Origin: Callorhinchus milii
Lineage: Eukaryota
Assembly (NCBI RefSeq): GCF_018977255.1
Contig: NW_024704758.1
Coordinates: 4,402,001 to 4,466,000, forward strand
DNA length: 64,000 nt
Direction of reading: 5' to 3'
In this document: positions 39,078 through 50,743 of the stretch, piece after piece
Layout: the number at the start of each line of letters is the position of its first letter
Position numbering within the stretch: the first letter of the stretch is position 1
Program-made: the position numbers and the translations under genes
Notes under the pieces: model-generated
Database searches by the model: none
What the model was told of the DNA's origin: nothing
What the model saw: only the letters and a program-made list of their open reading frames with translations

Positions 39078-39216
39078 GAATCGTTGCCTGTAACTGGGTT
39101 GTTATTCTAAGCGTCTGCATCACTGTAATGTGCGTTTTTGACCGAACGGGCAGAACGTTTGTGAAACTCCGAGCAACCAAACGACGTCAGCGAAATCTTA
39201 GAACCTACAATTTACG
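39078..39216 (+). CDS. DAGLA: DAGLA coding exon 4 (139 nt; TM4)
   Basis: aatccag|GA then IVACNWVVILSVCITVMCVFDRTGRTFVKLRATKRRQRNLRTYNL(R); donor CG|GTAAG. Confidence 0.97.
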
Positions 39217-39959
39217 GTAAGTGGGAACTGATTAGAATGCTCTGAAACACTGAGATATTAGTTTTTGGTGCACAATATCAGCTGGCTTGTGGGCATTTCT
39301 GGAAAATGAGTATCTACAATGAGAGTAGGAAGAAAGGAATGTGGAAACCACCATCAAACAACACTGTCAGTAGCCCCATATAGAACTATCTACAATATCT
39401 ACAAGGCACACTGCTCCATTTCAGGCTAATATGTATATAAAATAATTTTTTTCTCAAATGTTATCAAACTGCAGTTGGTACAAATGTAAGGTTGAATAAC
39501 ACTAGGCACTCAAGATACAAAGTAGGTAATAATTGGGATATTTGTGTGTGGTAAAAAGATGAAGGATTCTGATTCTTCTTAATGCAACATCTTAAGGCAG
39601 CAATGTGTACGTACATTCACACGGGGGAGAAAAAGAGCAATATACAGGGAGAATCTCCACCAGGATTTTATTCAGCATTTTACAATTTCCAGAGTTGTAA
39701 ATCGTTCAATTTGTTCTTAAATTTGACATCGGTTTCCTGCGGTTCTTAAAAGAACTTTCACTCAACTGGCTTCAAAATTAAGTCTGTGTTTAAGAAGTTG
39801 CCAATTTCTTGATGCTCTGAAATGCTAAGGAAGTAAAGTAAATCTAGACCCAGGTGGAATTTCTTCCCTATAATTGGAAGAGGCTGGGTTTAACCCAAAT
39901 ATGTCCTGCCCGACCCTTTGCTGTCTGTGGTTGGGTGTCAGAGCTTACCTTGCTTTTTA

Positions 39960-40267
39960 GAGTCCTGTAGCTCAGTGGTTAGAGCACTCGCTTTGCAAGT
40001 GAGAGACCTGAGTTCAATTCCAGGCAGGTCAGGGTGAAACCTTGGGCAAGTTTCCTTACTCCACACGCCTAATAATAATCCCTCCAAAAAAACAAAAACA
40101 ATAATTAAATTGGTCATTTTCAATCTACGACTGTTTGTGGGACATTGCTGTGCGCAATTGGCTGCCGCGTTCGCCCACAAATATACAGTCAATTCACTTT
40201 ACAGTGTGTTCTGTAAAGCGCTTTGGGACGTCCTCCCGACGTGAAAAGCGCTATATCAAATGCAAGG

Positions 40268-40298
<31 letters not shown>
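39960..40298 (+). mobile_element. Young full-length Deu-domain tRNA SINE
   Basis: Intact A and B boxes, anticodon-like loop TTTGCAA (tRNA-Ala-like), Deu core, CTCCC-loop tail and about 10 ATT units. Confidence 0.93.
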
Positions 40299-41284
40299 GA
40301 GACCACATAAAGACTTTGAGCAGAGCAAAGCCTACAGGAGGGCCATAGACTTCTTTTCTGTTTAGTGTGTTCATTGTGCAACCTGTTGGCTCTCTTCCCC
40401 GTGGATGACAGTTTGCAGGACTTTGTTGACACAAAACAGTCATTACACTGAACAGTGATTTTATTTTACTTGTAAAGTTTCAGTGTGATAACACAATAAA
40501 AAAAAGCATTCTTCCTTGTGATGATCTTTAGATTCATTTCTCATTTTCCTTCAGGAAGCACTTTTTCTTGTTGCTCCTCAATAGTTTGCAGTAGTTTTTC
40601 ACAAATGGTGTTCCACTGAACAGCAAGACACTTTCTTCCATGTCACGTGATGTTCTCTAATTCTGCAAAGTTAATTGGTTTGGATAGAGTTGCAACAACT
40701 CTAATATTTCTAAGTTGATTTAAAGTACTGTAGCCTCTGTTCACCTTGGCAATCACTTTGAGCCATAGGAATTTGTTTCCATTTTAAATGGCCTTACACA
40801 TTTCTGTATGCCAAAGACGTCACCTTGTAAACCGTGAATCAAATCTGCATCTAATAAAAAAAAGTCTGGAAACTGCCAGTGACAGCTTGCACTGACGTTA
40901 GTTAATGTACAAAAAGGATGTTGTCACTTTTATTGCCTTGATTGATATCTTTAACGCCTCTCAAAATGACTGAAGATTTAATCTCATTCAGTATTATTAT
41001 TGAGTGCTCTGATTGTAGCCTTCCTCATCTTTTTCATCGCATTTTCTATTTGCCCAGTTGCCATGTATTCCCATGAGTTCCTCGCTGCATCCCCACAATC
41101 TGTATAGGAGGGAAGAAGTTATTGCACCCTTGGGTTCAAATATACACCTTTACACACTTATGTATAGATTGCTGAGTGTTCTTAGTAATGAGAGCAAAAA
41201 CCGGAAAGTATTACAAACACAATACAAAATTACATTTGTATAGCGCCTTTCACGTCGGGAGGACGTCCCAAGGCAGGGATTTGG

Positions 41285-41610
41285 AATTACGTGCAGGTTG
41301 GCATGAGCCAAGGCTTGGGGACCCCAGATTGTGTGTTGGGGTAACTGCTGGAGTCTAACCAGCTAAAACTACATAGCTTGTCATTGATAGCATTGTCTGG
41401 CAAGCTTTCCCGCTGCTTGTCCAGCTTGGACCATCCTAACAGTTAGGGCTTTGATTTGCCCAGTCGGGTAGGGTTAACAGGAGCTGAGTGGGAGGATTCC
41501 CAACCTCAGTGACTGGTCAACCCTTCCAAGACTTGCTGTGCTGTTATCAGCACTTCCCTGGAGTACTGAGGGTCAACCAGGAACCGGACTAATGAGACTG
41601 CCTCAGAGGT
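41285..41610 (-). mobile_element. Unclassified repeat, copy 3 (partial, more diverged)
   Basis: ggagtctaaccagctaaaac...caagctttcccgctgcttgtccagc...gttaacaggagctgagtggga matches 52010-52140. Abuts an L2 tail at ~41225-41275. Confidence 0.8.
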
Positions 41611-41931
41611 TTTGTTAAGCTTACTGATCAGAAGGGTAGATAGTGTGTGCCTGTACTCGTTTGTGCTGATAAAAGTGAACAGTATTCAGTCCTGCCATTG
41701 CCCATAAATGTAACTAGTAATTCTCGAAGGCATTGTCACCCAAAGTACTTGGGGAGAACAGTGTCAGAGACCAAGCAATAATCCAGTTCTGTATCCCATG
41801 CTTTCATACCAGCTGATCACTGGCCTCATGTAAATGCGTGCAAATCCCTAACTGTCGAGAGCCTTGGGACATCCTCCTGACATGAAAGGTGTTATACTAA
41901 TGTAATTTGTTGTTGTTATTGCAAAAGACGT

Positions 41932-42181
41932 GTAGTCCTGTAGCTCAGTGGTTAGAGCACTCGCCTTGCACCACGCCTGATAATAATCCCTCAAGAAAAA
42001 AACGATAATGATTTGGTCACCCAATCCACGACTGTTTGTGGGACACTGCTGTGCGCAATTGGCTGCTGAGTTTCTCCCACAAATATATAGTCAATTCACT
42101 TTATTGTCTATTCTGTGAAGCTCTTTGAAACGTCTAAAAGATGTGAAAAGCGCTATATCAAATGCAAGGATTAGTATTATT
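41932..42181 (+). mobile_element. Deu SINE with internal deletion of the B-box region
   Basis: gtcctgtagctcagtggttagagcactcgccttgca joins directly to ccacgcctgataataatccc. Confidence 0.85.
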
Positions 42182-43079
42182 AAATGGAGAGAGAATATTC
42201 TTAACTAAGATTTATAAAACCACTTCTCTGGGTCTCAGGTTGTTCTGTTTTATGTTTTTCTCTGAAGATATGACGCTATTGGAAATGCATTTTAGATTTG
42301 AGACTTCCAGATTTTTACTTGCAAGTTCTTCACACTGTATTGCTTGTAACCCATTTTGACACGAGAAAATGCTTCACTTTTAAGTGTGTTTCAGTGTGGG
42401 CGAGCATACGCTGGTTCTCTGCTGGCTGTGAATTCTGGCAGTGTTCAGTGCATGGTTAGAATTTATTTATTCCTGTTTTCAAAAGGTACTGAAACAGAAA
42501 ATGGTTTGTTCTTTAGGTAAATCCATGTGCTGTTTAACAATGAACAGACTCAAATGGCAATGCCCCAGCTATTAGTTTTCTTTTACTTTCTGTGAAAAGT
42601 AATTTCTCTTTCTGACGTGGCTAAGTCGCACAAAAGGCAAAGGCTGAATTGGAGTAATGGTTCAGGAATTCCTTTCGGAGTTAGCAATGTCTTTAAACAA
42701 TGCTTTTTTCTGTAGATGCAACTTCTGGATCTAGGTCAGAAATCAGTATTAATAGCACACTGTGACCACCAATGATCACAGTCACCAGAGTTTGACACAC
42801 GTCAGAGTTAGTATATATATCATGGGAATGGCAAGCTTCTCAAAGTATTAAATTATCTATTGCTGTCTTGGGAATTTTGTAAGAAAATTGCTAATAATTT
42901 GTCTTCCCCTGTGATTCCATGTTAGTGGTTCTCACATTGAGTTCTAATTGCTGAGTGGTGGTGTCATTTATACAACCTCTACTTCTGCTCCAGTTTCTAT
43001 TTATTAGTTTGGTTTGATTGGGGCACGAAAATTAACCTCAGTGTCTCTCCCTCCCTCCCTCCCTCCCTCCCAACCAAGG

Positions 43080-43345
43080 CAGGAGTGAAGTGGGGAAATG
43101 ATCAGCTGTGGTGTCCACTCCTGATCCCTATACAGTATCCTCTGGTACAAGGTTCACCCGTGTTGGCATTAGGTGAGGATAGGATCGCAGCTTGATTGCA
43201 ATGCCTACTCCACTGTTGAAATCATTGAACAATCCCCTATCCAAGATCACGCAAAACCTTGGCCAGTTTGGGTGAGGTAACAAACGCTGCCAATGTCTAT
43301 AAGTTATAACTCAGCATGGGTTTGAGGAGTAAGGAAAAAACGGGG
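43080..43345 (+). mobile_element. AmnSINE2-like SINE 3' part
   Basis: ctcctgatcccta...ggtgaggataggatcg...ggccagtttgggtgaggta resembles the recalled AmnSINE2 consensus (CTCCTGATCGCTA; GGTGAGGACAGGATCGG; GGCCACTTGGGCGAGGTA). Confidence 0.55.
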
Positions 43346-43799
43346 GTGGCGGGGAGAATTGTTGAAGGATACTGGCAGATTTACAGAATCTCCACTCGGT
43401 TTGAATGGTGTTAGATCATGCCCTGTAATGAAGAATTAGACTAATAAAGCTACTCAAACATCAGGAATAGTTTTACTGCTTTATGAACCGAAAACATCTA
43501 AGATAAATACAAAATTCTTATAAAATATTATGAATGCATATTTGCCTGGTCACCCCTGTATTTGGTCTAGTTTCTCTCATTGGTTTATCTTTTCATATTG
43601 ACTTTATATTACAGTTTTCTACCATTAATTTCCTCCTATTAAACTTTTATAAATAAATTATCTGCTGACTTCTTTTTCCTCTGGCTAGACATTATTTTTG
43701 ATACAAGTGGTTTAGTTTGGTTCCAACCCGGCCTGACAGGCCAACGAGTCAAAATTTAAAGCAACAACAATACAGTAAAACTCACATATGTCTTAGCTT

Positions 43800-44730
43800 T
43801 ATAAGTCGTATATTCACCAGAGTCCCATATCTGCAGCTTGCGGAGGGAGTTGGTGTAGTCAGTCCTGGACGTAATTAAAGCATGAATACAGGTCTTGGCG
43901 GCTTGAAGAGAGAGATAGTGGTGGAGGCAGGCAATGTTGTGGAGGTGGGGGGAAGCTAATTGATTGGATCAGAGGACAGATTAGGTTTAAAGGACAGTTG
44001 AAATCAGGAAAGTACCAGAACCTTGAAGGTCAAGCTGGGAGGAAAAGTGGTGGAGAACGATAGAATGGTGGAGAGAGATCAAGAAGGATTAAGAGATAAA
44101 GAGAATCCCAGTTACAGATGGACAGAAAGTCTTTTGTGATTTTGACCATGGCAGTCTTGATACAGTGAGCAGGTGGAAGCCGGATTGGAGGGGTTCATGC
44201 AGGGACTGTAAGGAAAGGAAAGCAATTAATTGCAGTACCTTGAGGGGGGAAGGTAAGTTGGAGATGGGACAGTAGTTAGGGAAGATGAAGGGAAGGTTTT
44301 TTGAGGGGTGGGTGATGACAGCTGTTTTGAGGGGTGGGAACTGCCAGTGGACAAAGAGCGAGAGGGGATGGAGCGGTGGGCAAGGAGATTGAACCTGGAC
44401 GACAGGAGAGGAATGGGGATGGGGGTCAAGAAATCACATGGTGGGTTCATCCAGCAGATGATGGAAGAGAGGGACGATGGAGAAATGGAATTGAAGGTGT
44501 GGAGGGAAGGATGGGTGGAAGCCACAGGGGGAGGTGGGAAGGGGGAGGTGGTAGCAAAGGCAGAGGCAGCAGAGCAGATCCGCTCAATTTTAGACTTTCC
44601 GTCCGTTGGAGGAGAGGATGGTTGGGGCATGGAAACGTGGGCGAAGGAGCTGGTTTGTGCTGGAAAAAAGGAGCCTGGGGTTGCTCTTGGCCTCCAGGTT
44701 GATCCTGGAGAAGAAGAATGAGCCAGGCCG
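43800..44730 (-). mobile_element. L2-type LINE ORF2 internal/RT remnant
   Basis: The minus strand carries aactactgtcccatctccaactt (NYCPISNL), caatccggcttccacctgctcactgtatcaagactgcc (QSGF...TA) and tatgctgcagatatggg (YAAD-like). Confidence 0.8.
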
Positions 44731-45530
44731 ATTAACATTGCAATAGTGACTTGTCAGTCCCCAAATTTGATTTCAAGTGGAGAGCACGGAATGGGAACCG
44801 TGAACATGAATTCATGCAAATCAGTGGCGTGCTGAGGGCGAAAGATGCGACTGGTAAATGACATCTTGGCTAAGGTTTGAGAAATCATTGTCGCTAGTAA
44901 AATCCAATCAACAATTTTAAAGGTCACCAATCTTGCTTGACTGCACCATGTCAAGTTTAATATTGAATGAATCATTGAGAACGGGAGATGTATTGTACGC
45001 TGACCATCCATAAGGACGACCTGCATTTAGACTGACTGGGGACAATTATCGATCAGTTCCACGGTATTTGGGGAATCGAGATGTCTCACGATCAGGAAAT
45101 CATTAAACAGAGACTGTTCACGTGCTGAAATTGATTAACTAAAACTTTTTTTATTTAACACTACTGAGGAAAGTAGTGGAATTCCTGAAAACATTATTAG
45201 TCAAGAGCCAGAATAATAAACTACAAGCTTTTTGAGGTACTTAGTTGTATCCCTGTTGAAGTTAATTAAATTCCCTTGCTCCATCAAACTCCGTAACCGC
45301 TCCCTATGTTAATGGGCACTAACGTTAATCTAATTCCCTCACACTGTCAGGCTCCCAACTGTGTCCCCATGTCATTAGTTCTCACTGTGTAAGGGAATAT
45401 ATTCAGCAGAAGTAAACAGACGTAATTTTTAAAAAAAATGTTGAAAGGTATTGGTGGTGACTCGCTCGAAACCCAATAAACCCAATTACCATTTTCCAAA
45501 GTTACAAACATCTTTTTCCTTTTAATTCAG

Positions 45531-45618
45531 CCATCGCCTGGAGGAAGAACAGGCCAGCAGTTGGTCCAGGCGATTGAAATTTTTCCTTTGCTGTACCCGT
45601 GCACAAGACTCCCAATCC
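45531..45618 (+). CDS. DAGLA: DAGLA coding exon 5 (88 nt)
   Basis: tttaattcag|C then HRLEEEQASSWSRRLKFFLCCTRAQDSQS; donor TCC|GTAAG. Confidence 0.96.
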
Positions 45619-46530
45619 GTAAGTATAATGAGATACTTTCCTATCTTACCCATAAGAGCACATCACCAGACTGCAGACTTGTAATTGGTATATAATGGCT
45701 TTCATATCGAGAGGATATCAAGAAGTGCCGTCTCCCATGTTTTATTTAGAGGGTAATATAGCTGTGATCCTATGGCTGAAACCTGACCGAGAACACGGAT
45801 GATCTAAACCTCAAGCATGGTCATTGAGCAGTTTGTAATTATCTTGTGAGCCTCGGGGTGGAAGTGTCTGGGACTATTTTTATACAGTATATACTGCCGT
45901 GTTGCAAGGGGGTGGAGGAGAGAATTTTATCCTTTTTGGTTTTCTTCCTTTTGCTGAGGGTGGGGTCAGGTGAATGTTGGGGTTGGCATTTCAGCTGTTA
46001 AAATTATCCTATTGAAAAGTACATTATTTGATGATTTTTGTGTACATTATGGTTAGGCATCCTGGTTTAGGGAAGTGGAACACTTGCGCATACACACACA
46101 CACATACATACATGAGAGGGAAGGAGCGAGAAAGAGTGGGATAGAGAGAAAGAGAGAGTTGTAAGACCTCTCTGATCAACTGAGAATGAGGTGCATTTGC
46201 TGCTATAAGGTCAGCAAATTGAGCTTTGAAGTATCAACAACATAACTTGGATTTATATAGCGCGCTTCACGTGGGGTAGCATCCCAGAGCCTTTGATGGT
46301 GGCGGAGTTTGACCCCGAACCAGGGGGTGGGGGTGGGGGAGAAGAGGTGACCGTAAGCACGACAAATAATACATCGGAATAGCACTTCTGCTGCACCATT
46401 CTGTTAGTTTCCATTTCCCACACGGAGTTAGATTGCCACTTTCAGAGCTGTTTGTGTGGTGCCGCTATCCACACTGGGAACCCTATTAGGGTGACCCCAA
46501 ATCACTTTGCCTCGTCCCTTAACAATCAAT

Positions 46531-46849
46531 ATAATAATAATAATAATAATAATCCTTGCATTTGATATAGCGCTTTTCACGTCGGGAGGACGTCCCAAAG
46601 CGCTTCACAGAACACACTGTAAAGTGAATTGACTGTATATTTGTGGGCGAACGCGGCAGCCAATTGCGCACAGCAATGTCCCACAAACAGTCATAGATTG
46701 AAAATGACCAATTTTTGGTTTTGGAGGGATTATTATTAGGCGTGTGGAGTAAGGAAACTTGCCCAAGGTTTCGCCCTGACCTGCCTGGAATTGAACCCAG
46801 GTCTCTCACTTGCAAAGCGAGTGCTCTAACCACTGAGCTACAGGACTCC
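46531..46849 (-). mobile_element. Young full-length Deu-domain tRNA SINE
   Basis: Its reverse complement differs from the 39960 copy by about four substitutions plus a shorter A-rich linker; consensus-like B box GGTTCAATTCC. Confidence 0.93.
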
Positions 46850-47840
46850 ACAAATAGAGTCCACAAAATCAATAGATCGAAGAGAGTCTAGGACTAATTT
46901 TTATACAATATACAGTGTCGTGTTGTGGGGGCACGGAGGAGAGAATTTCATTCTTTTTGGTTTTCCTCCTTTTGCTGAGGGTAGGCTCAGGTGAACGTTA
47001 GGGTTGGCTTGTTCCAACAAGTTGCTGTTTAATTTTGACAAGGAAGGAAGACATAACATAATGTCTGTTTATTGAAAAATGATCCACAGTTGGTCAGAAA
47101 TTTCTGTGGGTGTGTGTCTTCTCCCCATTCTCCCCTTCATTTTTCTCTCTTTCTCTCTACCCGTTTCGCCCACTAAATATGCAGTCAATTCGCTTTACAG
47201 TATATCCTGTGAAGTTCTTTGAGACGTCCCACTCCCTCTCTCTCACTCCACTCCCTCTCTCTCACTCCACTCCTCTCTCTCACTCCATCCCTGATGTGTA
47301 TACAGATCACAAGCAACAAGGGACTGATCCTTATCCCTTTGACCAACCATAACAATACTATGTTACCTACATTGCTGACTATCACGTTGATGAGTAGGTG
47401 AGACAAAACTCTATTCAGACCATGTGATCCGGAAAAGAATTGGAAAGCTGACTATCTCTGTAATCTATTGTGGAGGCAGCACTTGTTTATGTTGTGAAGG
47501 TGTATGCGATTGTATGTTTGAGACAGGTCTGTATGTGAGACAGTAAATCAGGATAAGCAATTAGGTGTGCCTTTCCAATTTTTTACTGTTCCTGCAATTA
47601 AACCCCCCCAAAATAGCATTTGTTGTGATTATAATAGAATTGAACCAGCACTTAATGTTTGTCATGGAAACAGCAGAGAGTCATTTAGAATCAGGCAACC
47701 GCAGAGGCTGTGATTAACATGGATTCTGGCAACGCCGTTTGTTCTTATATATTGCTCCTATATTTCAGTGAGGCTTGAAAGAGTTTAACATAATCATATA
47801 TTTATACGTGTCCAATCGTGTTTGGGAATTTGTACACGAA

Positions 47841-47897
47841 TGTGTGTGTGTGTGTGTGTGTATGTCAGTGTGCGTGTGTGAGTGTATGTGTGTGTGC
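47841..47897. repeat. Compound (GT)n microsatellite
   Basis: Direct inspection. Confidence 0.9.
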
Positions 47898-49214
47898 CCA
47901 TGCAGTGTGCAAATGAGATGGCTTGCAGCTGCTGATTTCTTCAGAACGTTTGCATTTGGTACTGTTGGAGCTTTGCAAAATCCTAAGCTATTATTAAATA
48001 TGAGGACTCGCGAACTCTGCAAGAGATGAACAAATCCTGCTGCAGGCACAGCTTCAGCAGAACATAAACCCCATGGATCCTGGTTACAGCCCATGCACAA
48101 TGAGAGACACTGCAGCAGAGTCAATCACTCATCTCACCCCAGAGCTTTGAAAGCTTCGCCATGCAATCTGTGGCAGCACTCAACCTGTTTTTACCACCAT
48201 CAGCAGTAGTCTAAAATGTTTATAAACCGTGCTGTTTATATTTTTGTTTATATCTTCGTTCAATCTCCTGCCCCAAAGTTGGGTTAGGGACATAGATCAT
48301 GTCAAGGAAGAGAGAAAATGCTCATCATACCTGTTCTGTCTGCCACTTTTATTAGACTAAAGCTGAACTTTTAATCTCATTTTCCTGCCTTTTCCCCATT
48401 TCCCATAACATTCAATTCTAGGCATCTTCCTCTTAAACATTGGGTTACAGAGGAACATCAACCACTTTAACCGCCTTGCTTCAGACTCCACATGAATGAG
48501 TAGAAACCTCGGCAGTAAAATGGAGAGCCTCAACCTTCTATAGAAAGTTTTATCTGTTAATGCCAGAAGGATTGGGTGGGAGGGGAGTGGGAACGAGAAG
48601 AGGGGATGTTACCCACTAGCAAATAATATAATAATAATAATATAATAATCCTTGCATTTGATATAGCGCTTTTCACGTCGGGAGGACGTCCCAAAGCGCT
48701 TCACAGAACACACTGTAAAGTGAATTGACTAGCAAAGGTGGCTACATCCATTCTATAGTTCTTGACGGCAGTGCTGATCCCCAGTGCAGTAGACATCTTA
48801 AAGGTTATCTCTAGTTCTAGGTAACTGTATCACCTTCAGCAGGCTAGTGCATTGTATTCACATGAGTGCAACGGGCCAACAGAGAATGAGATGCATTTGC
48901 TGGTAAGGTCAACAACGACAAATGACACTTGTATAGTGCCCTTCACTTAGAAAAGACGTCCCAGGGCGCTGGGTCGACAAATTTACCTTTGATTAGAATC
49001 ATCTCCTTATGATATCCAGTCAAGACACCTCGTGACTGTTGTTGAAAAGTGTCAGTGAAATATTGCTTAGCAATTTTGTTACGTTGCAGTTGCCCAATTT
49101 AGCAACCAGATTCTGTCAAAATAAACCAGAATATTTCTTTTCACAAGATCACAAGACTAGTTTGGATTATGAACGGTCTGATCTTATTGTTCCACGATAT
49201 CTATTCTCCCATTA

Positions 49215-49870
49215 CACCATCAAGCTATTTTTTTTAATGAGTCCAGTATTGTCTTTAGCCTCGCCCATCTTTTCTGGCAACCTGTTCCAGTTTCTGATTA
49301 CCCTCTGGGTAAAAAAAAACTTCCTAATATCTTTCCTGAAAATGCCTTTTGCAACTCTAAACCCACGTCCTCTTGTTCCATTGACTTGATGCGTCCTGAA
49401 GTATTGGTCTGAGTTTACTTTTTCAATCCCATTAAAAGAACTGATACGCCTCAATAAAGTTTCCTTGGAGAGGGCTCTCGAGACTGAAACATCCTAGCTT
49501 GTTCACAGCTCATTCCTCTAACACTGAGGATCATCCTAGTTGTTCTCTGCACTGCCTCCAAGACCTGGGCAATCCTCTTTTGTGGTGTTGAAGAGACTGT
49601 TTGCAATATACTAAGTATGGCCTGACCAGAGTGTGATATTGTTTGGGTAAGATGTTTGAGTCTCTAAACTCAACAGATTTAGCAATATATCCTAGCATCC
49701 TATTTGTTTATTGCTTTCTCACACTGTTTTGACATTGCATCGATGAGTCAACTAAAACTGCAAACTATCAGCTTCCCTCTTGGCAGTTTCTGACCCATCC
49801 TAGGAGCACATCTGTTTCCTATTCTTATTTCCTATATGTATTACCTTGCATTTATCTGTACTAAAGTTCA
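49215..49870 (-). mobile_element. CR1 LINE ORF2 3' remnant
   Basis: Minus-strand ORF reads TRGRGFRVAKGIFRKDIRKFFFTQRVIRNWNRLP. Confidence 0.88.
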
Positions 49871-50235
49871 TGATAAGTATTATTACTGTTATAAAAGTGA
49901 TATTGTGTCCCCTCCAACTCCTAATAGCAATATATTATAGTGTATGAAACATACTGTATAAATGCAATTTGTTCAATAATAATAAATAATCCTTACATTT
50001 GGTATAGTGCCTTTTCTGTCAGGAGAACATCTCAAAGTGCTTCACTCAAAGTGTAGTGACTGTGTTTTGTGGGCGAATAGGGCAGCAGTCAGAGTAAGGT
50101 TTGCCAGAGACTTCCACGTGAGTAGCCTACTCCAGCTCCTCTACCTATGTAAAAGGTTACATGTTAAGACAATCTGATTGCCCTCAGGCTCTGTAATGAT
50201 GTTATATTGAGCCCAACTCTGCCTCTGTCCTCCAG

Positions 50236-50370
50236 GATGCCTATTCTGAAGTTGCCTTTCTTTTTGCCGAATTTTTCCGAGACCTGGACATCGTACCATC
50301 GGACATCATCGCTGGCTTAGTACTGCTGCGGCAGAGACAGAGGGCTAAGCGAAATGCCGTCTTGGACGAG
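50236..50370 (+). CDS. DAGLA: DAGLA coding exon 6 (135 nt)
   Basis: cctccag| DAYSEVAFLFAEFFRDLDIVPSDIIAGLVLLRQRQRAKRNAVLDE |GTAAG. Confidence 0.97.
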
Positions 50371-50496
50371 GTAAGCAGAAGCTCGTGTACTTTGTTTCTC
50401 TGGTCACACTCGAGACACACCTTGGGTCTCTTGGGCTTGTCCCTTTGTTTTATTCTTGAGCTTTCATTCTCTTCTGAAGGAGCTGACTTGTGCTGG

Positions 50497-50595
50497 GTGT
50501 GCGTGTATGTGTGTGGGTGTGTGTGTCGGTGTGTCGGTGGGTGTGTGTGTCGGTGGGTGTGTGTGTCGGTGTGTGTGTGTGTGGGTGGGTGTGTC
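50497..50595. repeat. GT/GTCG-rich microsatellite inside the 295-nt intron
   Basis: gtgtgtgtcggtgtgtcggtgggtgtgt... occupies about a third of intron 50371-50665. Confidence 0.9.
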
Positions 50596-50665
50596 TGGGG
50601 AGAGCGAATTATTTGAAATCTCTGCTGATTACAGAACGTCTGAGTAATTTTTTTTNGCCTTGCAG

Positions 50666-50743
50666 GCAAACAACGATATTCTGGCCTTTTTATCAGGAAT
50701 CCCAGTAACGAGAAACACAAAGTACCTGGATCTGAAGAACTCA
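50666..50743 (+). CDS. DAGLA: DAGLA coding exon 7 (78 nt)
   Basis: ccttgcag| ANNDILAFLSGIPVTRNTKYLDLKNS |GTGAG. Confidence 0.96.

Noticed and set aside
39960-40030. tRNA-Ala-like gene (A box, TGC anticodon-like loop, B box), also at 8154, 19224 and 46849
   Set aside because: No 3' acceptor-stem strand or oligo-T terminator; the sequence always continues into the Deu domain and L2 tail. These are SINE heads.
44226-44738. Long overlapping ORFs of 122-170 aa
   Set aside because: They arise from a purine/pyrimidine-skewed, decayed L2 ORF2 on the minus strand, not from a host gene.
6177-50656. Single N bases at 6177, 14625, 25518 and 50656
   Set aside because: All sit at the ends of homopolymer runs; these are consensus ambiguities, not biology.
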